Shown in pieces: positions 11,830 to 20,570 of a DNA stretch of 53,507 nt (positions within the stretch are counted from its first letter, which is position 1; each line of letters begins with the position of its first letter). The DNA lies in NCBI GenBank assembly GCA_001600815.1, contig BCKZ01000036.1, forward strand, positions 62,001 to 115,507, given 5' to 3'. Made by a program: the position numbers and the translations under genes. The stretch comes from Alloascoidea hylecoeti. Lineage: Eukaryota. Under the pieces are notes generated by a model that saw only the letters and a list, made by a program, of their open reading frames with translations, did no database searches and was not told the origin of the DNA.

Positions 11830-11982
11830 TATACAATGTAATAGCGGTGGAGATATGGAAACACGCAAATATGAATCCGACAAATGCGTGATAAATGCGA
11901 ATTAATAAATAAATGGTTGATAAGTGCGGTATGAGACACTTTAATTAGCAATGATCATGAAAAGTGTAGTGTTTCTGACGAT

Positions 11983-11990
11983 CCGGGTAA
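11983..11990. promoter_or_regulatory. Reb1-type site CCGGGTAA in kinase/IPK1 divergent promoter
   Basis: Exact consensus ~65 bp upstream of IPK1 ATG. Confidence 0.55.
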
Positions 11991-12056
11991 GTGATTTACA
12001 TAATAAATACGATGTGATAATATAATTAATTTCAACTTCTATTTTTTATCTGAACA

Positions 12057-13254
12057 ATGGAAACTGTTAATTCTGAAAATTCCATACATAATGACATTAT
12101 TAATCTTCAAGATCTAACAGAATGGAAGTTATTTGCAGAAGGAAATGCCAATTTTTTATTCAATTATATTGGAAAAGATCCTCAATTTGTAAGCATTTAT
12201 CAACTACTACCCCATACTATAGTAATCTAATCAATCAGTATATTAGCAAAATCAATTACTTCGTTTAAGAAAATATAAAACTTCAACTTATACATCAACA
12301 TTACAAATATATAATTCAGTTAATTCAGTTTTTAAACCATTCTTTAAAAATGATATTCATGGATTTAAACTTGTTTTATTATCGATTGAAAAAATTGAAT
12401 TATTAAATCAATATTTAAGTGATATTTCCTGCTCTCAAATTGAGAATGAGAATGAAAATACAAAGATTAAACCAAGAGATGAATCAAAAGATACAAAATA
12501 TTATCTTCAACCAAATGAATTATATGGATTACTTATTCCAAACTTAAGACCATCATATTATCAAAAATTATCAACTCAAAACAATAAATCAATTTCAATT
12601 TATAAATCTAATTTAATTTCAAATAATAAATCAATAGTTATTGAATTTAAACCAAAATGGTTAATTCAATCTCCGAATGCTCCATCAAATTCAAAATATT
12701 GTAGAACTTGTGCATTAAATTTAAAAAAAGGTAAAAAATATAATGGTTATTGTCCATTAAAATTATCATCATTAAATTTAAATGAATTTAATTTAAAACA
12801 ATTTATTAATTATTTATTAAATGATTATGATGATAATGATTCTAATTTTTTTTTAAAAGAAACATTATTCAATTATTTTTATAATAATAATAATAATAAT
12901 AATGAAAATGAAAATGAAAATGAAAATGAAAATGATGATGATGATGATGATAATATTTTTCAAAAAATTTTGAAAATTCAATTAAAAGATTCAAAAGGAA
13001 TTTTAAATTATTTAAATGAAAATGAATTAGATGATGATTTTTTAATGTCAATGACAATTCGTGATGTTTCATTATTTATTCAAATTGATTATAATCTCAA
13101 TGATAAATATTCCAAGATAATTACTAATTTAGTTGATATTGATATTAAGAATAAAGAAAAATTTAAATATTGGAAATCAATTGAAGAATCATTAATTGAT
13201 GAAGGATGGTATACTAAACTTCAAAATAATTGGCCATCATGTTTTTTAACTTAA
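12057..13254 (+). CDS. IPK1: Inositol-pentakisphosphate 2-kinase; exons 12057-12188 and 12247-13254
   Basis: Spliced translation gives AEGNAN, LLRLRK, IEFKPKW, CRTCA, YCPL, MTIRDVS, VDIDIK; GTAAGC...TAG intron; ORF track shows only the last 94 aa. Confidence 0.92.
12883..12954 (+). repeat. Coding microsatellites (AAT)n(GAAAAT)n(GAT)n in IPK1
   Basis: Directly visible; encodes N7-(EN)5-D6 low-complexity insert. Confidence 0.9.
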
Positions 13255-14160
13255 TAAAGCAGTTGCTGTTAAGCATTTTATACCTTTATGATTTAATATT
13301 ATAAATGATATTGTTAGATCATTATTAATTGAACATTTTAATATCATTTTTTCATTAACAAATAAAGGATATTGATTTTTATATGAGATAGTTTTAATTT
13401 TTAAATTTTCTTTTATATTTATATTTGTTTTCGTTTTTAATTTAGTTAATATGATGTTGTTAAACCAATATAATAACAATGTAATTGCAAGCGGTCCCTG
13501 AACAAGAATTTTATTAAAATTTTCATATTTTAAACAATAATTTAAATCATAATGAATTTTATGAGAATTAAATGTTAATGCAGAATATCTCCATAATAAT
13601 ATTTCAGAAGGAATTAGTGAATATTCATAATCATAATTTTCTTCAATATTATTATTTAATTTGGAAGTTTGTGATTGTTTTTGAAATTCATCATTTAAAT
13701 AAAGTAATGTTCTTGTCTCTTTTAATAATAAATCATCATTATTTTGAAACTTAAAATTCCTTTCAATTGTTGTAAAACATTTTGAATTTTCACTTTCTTT
13801 ATTAAATATTCTTTTTTTAATAATTGATTCTTGACATTTTATATCTTTTCCAAATAAAATATTATTATAAAATTCTAATTTTCCAGAAACCCACATTCTA
13901 CGTTTATAATATTTATCATTATTACTTTGAGAAGAACTTGAAAGTAATGGAGCTTGATAATTATCATAACCATCAAATCCTAGATTTGATTCTAATGAAT
14001 TTGGATTACAATATATGAAATGAAAGCCTTGAGGAATTGGATTATCATTAATAAATTGTTTTTGAGTATTTGGAAAATATTGAGATAGTGAAGTTAATAA
14101 ATGAGAAGCATGATAAATTGAAGTATAATCGTTAAGTGTAAATGTTTGTAATCTGTTCAT
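13246..14160 (-). CDS. HTD2: Mitochondrial 3-hydroxyacyl-thioester dehydratase (hot-dog fold)
   Basis: GFHFIYCNP, DGYD..QAP, RRMWVSG, RYSALTFNSHKIHYD, LVQGPL motifs. Confidence 0.9.
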   Translation of the reverse strand: MNRLQTFTLNDYTSIYHASHLLTSLSQYFPNTQKQFINDNPIPQGFHFIYCNPNSLESNLGFDGYDNYQAPLLSSSSQSNNDKYYKRRMWVSGKLEFYNNILFGKDIKCQESIIKKRIFNKESENSKCFTTIERNFKFQNNDDLLLKETRTLLYLNDEFQKQSQTSKLNNNIEENYDYEYSLIPSEILLWRYSALTFNSHKIHYDLNYCLKYENFNKILVQGPLAITLLLYWFNNIILTKLKTKTNINIKENLKIKTISYKNQYPLFVNEKMILKCSINNDLTISFIILNHKGIKCLTATALLS

Positions 14161-14260
14161 TTTTATTCATTATCATAATAGTTGTGTTAAAGTTTATCAG
14201 TGGATAGATAGATGTTTGGGTGTATAAAATTTATTTTTCTCCCATAAAGAAAAAATTTAT

Positions 14261-14360
14261 CATCTTGAAGAATCTTGAAGAATCTTGAAAAATCTTGAAG
14301 AATCTTGAAAAATCTTGAAAAATCTTGAAAAATCTTGAAAAATCTTGAAAAATCTTGAAA
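14261..14360. repeat. Tandem repeat of 10-mer AATCTTGAA(A/G), 10 copies
   Basis: Directly visible in the HTD2/RPF1 divergent intergenic region. Confidence 0.97.
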
Positions 14361-14390
14361 AAGTGTTTAATTGAAAGATTGATTGATAAA

Positions 14391-15281
14391 ATGGGACAAC
14401 AAAAAGTAAAAACACAAGAAAAATTAAAGATAAAAAACAAACAACAGAGACAAAAGATCTTCCAAGCTATAAAACAAGATCAAATTAAAACACGACATAA
14501 ACTACGTGCAGAAAGAAGAAAAGAAGAATTAAAAGATGAATCCTTAAAAATTGAAAGATTAGCAAATAATATCCCACAAACAATTGAGTCCAAACGAGTT
14601 TATGATGAAACTATTGGTACCACAAAAGAAGGAGATGATGAGTTTTCAAATTATTTTGATGGTAAACAACCCAAAATTTTAATAACAACAAATATTAATG
14701 CCAAAAAAACAGCCTATGAATTTGCAGATGTTTTACTGGAAATTCTTCCGAATTCTAATTTCATTAAAAGAAAAAAAGAATTTAAAATAAAAGAAATTGC
14801 AGGATTTTGTTCAAACCGAGAATATACGGATCTAATTATAATAAATGAAGATAAGAAAGAAATCCAAGGATTACAGTTTATTCATCTGCCAGCAGGACCA
14901 ACATTTTATTTTTCGATTTCTTCACTGGTGTACTCGGAAAGAATCCGAGGACATGGAAGAGCAACGTCTCACTTGCCGGAGTTGGTGCTGAACAACTTCC
15001 AAACGAGCATGGGAGAGACGGTCGGACGGCTATTTCAGTCACTATTCCCGCAGGCGCCCGAGCTCGAGGGACGGAACGTGGTGACCCTACACAACCAGCG
15101 GGACTACATATTTTTCCGACGGCACCGGTATGTTTTCCGGAACACTGAGAAGGTGGGGCTGCAGGAGATTGGGCCGCAATTTACGATGAGGTTACGGCGG
15201 ATGCAGAGTGGGATCCGGAATGAGGTGGAGTGGGAGCACTCGGCGAAAATGGACAAGGAGAAGAAGAAGTTTTACTTGTAG
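14391..15281 (+). CDS. RPF1: Brix-domain ribosome biogenesis factor
   Basis: NIPQTIESKR, PKILITT, HLPAGPTFYF, TLHNQRDYIFFRRHRY, EIGPQFT; ATG at 14391 (track start 14355 is TTG inside the repeat). Confidence 0.95.
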   Translation: MGQQKVKTQEKLKIKNKQQRQKIFQAIKQDQIKTRHKLRAERRKEELKDESLKIERLANNIPQTIESKRVYDETIGTTKEGDDEFSNYFDGKQPKILITTNINAKKTAYEFADVLLEILPNSNFIKRKKEFKIKEIAGFCSNREYTDLIIINEDKKEIQGLQFIHLPAGPTFYFSISSLVYSERIRGHGRATSHLPELVLNNFQTSMGETVGRLFQSLFPQAPELEGRNVVTLHNQRDYIFFRRHRYVFRNTEKVGLQEIGPQFTMRLRRMQSGIRNEVEWEHSAKMDKEKKKFYL

Positions 15282-15411
15282 TTCCATAGTGGCAATATTA
15301 ATACTTTAATAGTACTGTTGATAGCAACGATAGGGTAACAATAGGTGTGTAGGTGTATGTGTACTCTTTATTTCCAAGGAAGAGCGCAAAGTGCTCAGTT
15401 AACACACCAAA

Positions 15412-18400
15412 ATGGACCCAACAGGCCTTTCCCAGATCGTGGCAGCTCTCGAGGCCGTCCACAACCCCAGATCCTCCAGCGAAGACCGGCGCCAGGCCCA
15501 GGACTTCTTGGAAACCATCAAACACCATGACCAGTCGCCGTTCTGGGGTTGGCAATTGGCTGTGGCTGATAATCCTCACGTTGTAAAACACTTCGGCCTG
15601 ACTTTGCTACAACACGCCATCCAATACGATTTCCTACAGTATGACCAGCAGAGGAAAATGGCCGTGAGAAACTGGATAGTGGAATTGGTCATGAAAGTCC
15701 AACAATCCGATCCTCACTACTTAAAAGAAAAACTCGCTTTTTTATGGGTGGCGGTCGCAAAACGCGTCTGGGGTTCCATTTCTTTACCAACTTCCAAAAA
15801 TTCAACTGAAGTCGATGAAATTGATGAAAATGATACGGTCCCGAAAATCGTTGAGGAAGAAGGTTGGCAATCAATGGATCAAATGCTTTTGGAATTATGG
15901 AATTTGAATTCAACTACAAGAGAAATGTCTTTAATCATTTTCAGAACTTTATTTGAAGATCTTTATATGCTTGATGATCCAATTGCTGCTAAAAGAGGTT
16001 CAATTTTAAGTGCTCTAAGTGTTGAAGTGGTTACTTCAAATGATGTCCTCGAAGCTGTTTATGATACAAGAATGGAAGCTTTGAAAAACTGTAGATCTGG
16101 TACTGAAGGTTGGTTAGATAGATGGTCAACTTTTTTAGCGGAATGCTTAAATGCAAATACTCAAGAATCTGAAATTTTTGCAATAAAAGTTTTACAAACT
16201 TTGAAAACTTGTCTTCATTGGATTTTTCCTGCTGCTTTAAGACAAGCAAATTTATTAGAAACTTTAAGTAATGCTTTAACAATTTTCGATTCTGTTCAAA
16301 TTCAAACTTTAGCAACTGATTGTTTACATTCTTTATTTACAAGAAATTATACAAATGATGAAGATTTTAAAGCAATTGTTGGTGTCGTTTTTATGAAACA
16401 AGGTATTGAAACTTTATCAAACGTTTATGAAAATTGTAATGTTAATCCAAATTCAATTGATGAAAAAATTTATTCTTTATTAAAAAAATTAGTTGAAATG
16501 ATTGTTGGATTAGGTGAATATTTAAATGTTTCAAGCCAATTACCAAAAAATTCTGATATTGAATCATATTTAAAATTAGTTTTAAATACGTCAAATCATC
16601 CAAGTTTAATTATATCAGGATTATCATTACAATTTTGGTGTTCTGTTTTACGTGTTGATTATTTAGCTGAAAAACCTGAAGTTTTATCACTATTACCATC
16701 TTTATTAAAATTAGCAAGTGAAAGAATTATTAATTATAAAGATGTTCCTGATGATAATATATCAAAATTATATTTATCCATTGATTTTGATTCAACTCCT
16801 GATATGAATTTATTTTTAGGAAATTATAAAAGATTTATGGATGATATAGTAAGATTATCTGTTTGTCGAAATCCAATTGATGGTATATTATATTTAGAAT
16901 CAAAAATGATTGATTTTTTTACAAGTGATTTAGGTAATGAAGTTTTATCATTACAAAAATTACAATATAATGGGAATCCAAGTTATTTCTTAGCTTATGC
17001 TCAATTGGTATTAATTGAAGCTGGTTTACGTGGTGTTAGTAGATGGAAAGTTTGGTATACTGGTTCAAATCGTGAAGAAATTAAAAATAAATTAGATAAA
17101 ATGATTGAAGAATGGTGTAATCGATTATTAGAAATTAAAATTAATGATCCAATGTTATTAAGAAAACAAATTCAAACTTTAGTTCAATTTACTCCTTTAT
17201 TAAAACATGTTTTACAATTAATGTTTGTTGTTTTAGAAAAAGTTTTAACAACTTGTACTTATGAAAATTCAATTGAAAATGAATCTGATGATGATAGAGA
17301 ATTAATTCGTGATTTAAGAACAAGTTGTGGTACTGAATTAAATCGTTTAGCTTATATGATGCCTGAAGCTTTAGTTCAAATTTATGATGATTTAGAACGT
17401 GTTATTGCTGAAATCATTGGTTCTTCAAAATTAACTGATCATGAAGCTGTTGCTTTTAAATCTTTTTTATTAGTTGTTTCTCAACGTTCATCAATTGATT
17501 CAAAAGAAGAGAAATTTTCTAAAATTGTTGATCCTGAATTAAATGCTTGGACTGAAGATGGTACAATGAAAGGTTTAATGAGATTGCCATGGTTTATGGA
17601 AAGATTAGGGATTGTTAGAATTGCTGAATATTTCCGTAAAAGAGGTATAACTGCTGAAACTGATTTATTAAATTCAATGATGGATCAAGAAGGTAAAAAT
17701 TTGAAAGCTGAATTGAAAAGTAAATGGTCTGCTTTATTTCCAATTAGAGCAACAAGAATTTATATTCAATATACAATTGAAAAATTAGATCATGAATCAA
17801 AAGAATATAAAGATTTATTAAATTTATGGAAGCCAAGAGTTCAACAAATTATACCACATATTTTACAATTAATTTCTCAAATTCAAGCTTATCATAATCC
17901 AAATAATTGGAAAGATTTACCACAAGAAGTTCAAAGTTTTGTTAAATATAGTTGTATGGAAAGATTTTGGCAAGTTGGTGTTTCAATTCAAAGTAAAGAT
18001 ACTTTTGTCGAAGAAAATGTTAAAGCAATGCATACTTTGCGAGATTTTGCTGATTCTGTTGGTCATATTATAAGATATACAAGAGAATATGCTTTTTTAA
18101 CTGTTGGTTCAATTACTCAATTAGAAGAAACCTTATATGAAATTCCTGGTATTGGTTCTCAATTATGGTTAGCTTTAGCTGGTGATTCTGCTGGTATAAC
18201 ATCTCATGCTTGGAGACATATTGTAAATATTGTTGTTCGAAGTGTTATTAAAAATTGCCCACAAAATAATATTTATTCATTTATGAAAGATTTCTTACCA
18301 CCAATGCTAAGACAATTAGATTATGTTTTATTAGAAAAATGGTCAAAAGTTTATTCAAATGGTGTTTTATTAGAAGGTGATGAAGATGATACAACATTAT

Positions 18401-19137
18401 CTGAAGAAATGATGGAAGAACATTTATTAAGACAATTAACTGCAATAGTTGCAAGAATGTTAATTGATTTATCTGGTCAAATAAATGGTAGATATAGTAA
18501 TAATGAACATACAAATTCAATTAGAGATGTTATTATAAAAGAAAAAGAGATCTTGGCTCCATTTTTAACACTAATTACTCATATTTTATTATTTAAAGAT
18601 ACTCGTTGTAGTTTCAATGCTTGTCTTATATTAAGAAATATTTTATCAAAAATTTTATTAATAGATGATGAAGTTGATGCATTTTTATGTAATGATTTAA
18701 TGAAAGGTTGTTTAACAGTTATAACTGATCCTTACTTTCAAGATGTTCATAATGAAGCTGCTTATGTTTTAACAACAATTTATGTTACACTGAGACAAAA
18801 AAGTGATCAACCTGCAATTATTTTAACCAATTTTTTAAATTCAAATATAACTTCAAGACAATTGGAAGAATTTGAAAGAAGATTATCAAATTGTAAAAAT
18901 TTAAGACAACAAAGAGGTTCATTTTTAGAATTTTTATCAATGGCTAATAATGTTATGGAAAATCAAGAAAGAAATGATTTTCAAAGTAGAGAAGATCATC
19001 AAAAACAAGAAGCAATTAAACATGCAAGGGAAAAACTATTAGTTGAAGCTAGTAAAAGAAAGAAAAAAGATGGTTTTGATGTTATGGATGATCCATTTGT
19101 TGAAGATGGTGCTTTGAGTAATTTATTTCATTCATAA
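15412..19137 (+). CDS. MSN5: Karyopherin / exportin-5
   Basis: 1241 aa; importin-beta N-terminus (RRQAQDFLE, KHFGLTLL), PWFMERLGI, ERFWQVGVSIQSK, EMMEEHLLRQLT. Confidence 0.95.
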   Translation: MDPTGLSQIVAALEAVHNPRSSSEDRRQAQDFLETIKHHDQSPFWGWQLAVADNPHVVKHFGLTLLQHAIQYDFLQYDQQRKMAVRNWIVELVMKVQQSDPHYLKEKLAFLWVAVAKRVWGSISLPTSKNSTEVDEIDENDTVPKIVEEEGWQSMDQMLLELWNLNSTTREMSLIIFRTLFEDLYMLDDPIAAKRGSILSALSVEVVTSNDVLEAVYDTRMEALKNCRSGTEGWLDRWSTFLAECLNANTQESEIFAIKVLQTLKTCLHWIFPAALRQANLLETLSNALTIFDSVQIQTLATDCLHSLFTRNYTNDEDFKAIVGVVFMKQGIETLSNVYENCNVNPNSIDEKIYSLLKKLVEMIVGLGEYLNVSSQLPKNSDIESYLKLVLNTSNHPSLIISGLSLQFWCSVLRVDYLAEKPEVLSLLPSLLKLASERIINYKDVPDDNISKLYLSIDFDSTPDMNLFLGNYKRFMDDIVRLSVCRNPIDGILYLESKMIDFFTSDLGNEVLSLQKLQYNGNPSYFLAYAQLVLIEAGLRGVSRWKVWYTGSNREEIKNKLDKMIEEWCNRLLEIKINDPMLLRKQIQTLVQFTPLLKHVLQLMFVVLEKVLTTCTYENSIENESDDDRELIRDLRTSCGTELNRLAYMMPEALVQIYDDLERVIAEIIGSSKLTDHEAVAFKSFLLVVSQRSSIDSKEEKFSKIVDPELNAWTEDGTMKGLMRLPWFMERLGIVRIAEYFRKRGITAETDLLNSMMDQEGKNLKAELKSKWSALFPIRATRIYIQYTIEKLDHESKEYKDLLNLWKPRVQQIIPHILQLISQIQAYHNPNNWKDLPQEVQSFVKYSCMERFWQVGVSIQSKDTFVEENVKAMHTLRDFADSVGHIIRYTREYAFLTVGSITQLEETLYEIPGIGSQLWLALAGDSAGITSHAWRHIVNIVVRSVIKNCPQNNIYSFMKDFLPPMLRQLDYVLLEKWSKVYSNGVLLEGDEDDTTLSEEMMEEHLLRQLTAIVARMLIDLSGQINGRYSNNEHTNSIRDVIIKEKEILAPFLTLITHILLFKDTRCSFNACLILRNILSKILLIDDEVDAFLCNDLMKGCLTVITDPYFQDVHNEAAYVLTTIYVTLRQKSDQPAIILTNFLNSNITSRQLEEFERRLSNCKNLRQQRGSFLEFLSMANNVMENQERNDFQSREDHQKQEAIKHAREKLLVEASKRKKKDGFDVMDDPFVEDGALSNLFHS

Positions 19138-19595
19138 CTTCTTCATTATCATGATTGTTCAATTCAAAGAATCAATTTTCAAAATCAATAATTAATGAAA
19201 TAAAAAACTCTCTTTAATTTTAAAATTTCAATGTATATACTGGTAAAGATTCTTGCCAAACCAAAAACCAACGCATTATTTTTGTTTGTCCTTGATATAT
19301 TCTTTTTTTTTATTTTTTTCATTATTTTAAATTAATTTCTAATATGTATCAATATTCGTGCCTTGTTACTAAAAGTACCAGGTATGAAACTGTTTACATG
19401 TGCTGGTTTACCCAATTGCCAATTTATCATTCCAATTTAATCATTTCCAATATATGATCTTTAATGATCATGTTTATAGATAGTTTTTTATGTTGTAACT
19501 TAGAGCTAATTGATTCATTATCTCCAATAATACTGGTCTGAAATATACGTAGTTAAGTAAGTCTGGTACCAAACTAAAAAATGTGTATCGTATTA

Positions 19596-19651
19596 ACCTC
19601 CGACCTCCGACCTCCAACTTCCAACTTTCAACTTTCAACTTTCAACCTCCT
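19596..19651. repeat. Drifting 7-mer tandem repeat ACCTCCG>ACCTCCA>ACTTCCA>ACTTTCA (~8 units)
   Basis: Directly visible ~30 bp upstream of TSC3-like ATG. Confidence 0.85.
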
Positions 19652-19681
19652 TTTCTTTTCGTAACAACACTTATATAAAAT

Positions 19682-20030
19682 ATGGTATTTGGTCTCATCA
19701 AACGTGCTTATGCTGTTTACTGTATCCACCTCCCCATCGAAATGTGTGAAACATGGGAGATCGTTCTTGTCCGTATGTCTTGATGAATCACGCCTTTTTT
19801 TTTTGAATATAAATATTAAACAACATCCCTTAGAAACATTCATGCTGGTATTTTTTCTTCTTTTAGCTACGGGAATATACTCTTACTTTCCAGGATATAT
19901 AAGACTGATTGTTGAAAGATCATATTATTATCTATTTGGTCGAGAAATCATCGATGATGGTGGCCTAGTTATCAATCACATTGCTTCGAAATCAGCAGAA
20001 TCTATAGCAAGCTATTCTCAAACATTATAA
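19682..20030 (+). CDS. TSC3: Small subunit of serine palmitoyltransferase (Tsc3/ssSPT-like); exons 19682-19772 and 19834-20030
   Basis: Exon 1 MVFGLIKRAYAVYCIHLPIEMCETWE resembles Tsc3 YYIHLP and ssSPT 'M.epWE'; GTATGT...TAG intron joins to hydrophobic helix and YFP...RSYYYLFG. Confidence 0.72.
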
Positions 20031-20570
20031 ATTATGAATGCATACACATTACATATATCGCTTTGTCGACTACAACCCCTTATTTTATCGGAACTATACA
20101 GCTATCTCACTAATATATATATTTTATGGCATCTACATCTCTAAATAGGTTTCGTTTCGATGTTTCTTTTTACTTTATAATACTATTGATTTAATATTAT
20201 CATTTATTACGCAACTATATTGTTTAAAAATACACCATCTCCTTTGAATAAGTCTATTTTCACTTACAGCTTTCTATGGTGCGTTGTCCCCGATGAACAT
20301 ATGCATCCCGATAATTCCATGCGGCTGACTACAAAAATTGTATGTAAAATATCAAATAACATTTTAAATATGTAATTCCATACTTGATAATTATGCTATA
20401 CCCAAAAGGCTAAAGATCGGTTTATTTTTCTTTTTTAATTTATATGATTTAAATAACAAATGTGCACCTTTATTTTTATTTTTATTTTTTACCTGTGTAA
20501 TCTTGAATTGAACAATAAACGTTCAAATTTCTCTCTAAATCCCCGTAACTCATGAAAACAAATATCCGTT

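Noticed and set aside
11864..11870. CGCAAAT (Ndt80 MSE core) just upstream of the nuclease-kinase ATG
   Set aside because: Would fit meiotic expression, but lacks the upstream G of the full consensus and a 7-mer is expected by chance
14231..14440. ORF with FFKIFQDFSR repeats
   Set aside because: Translation of the 10-mer tandem repeat; also not a CRISPR array (no spacers, eukaryote)
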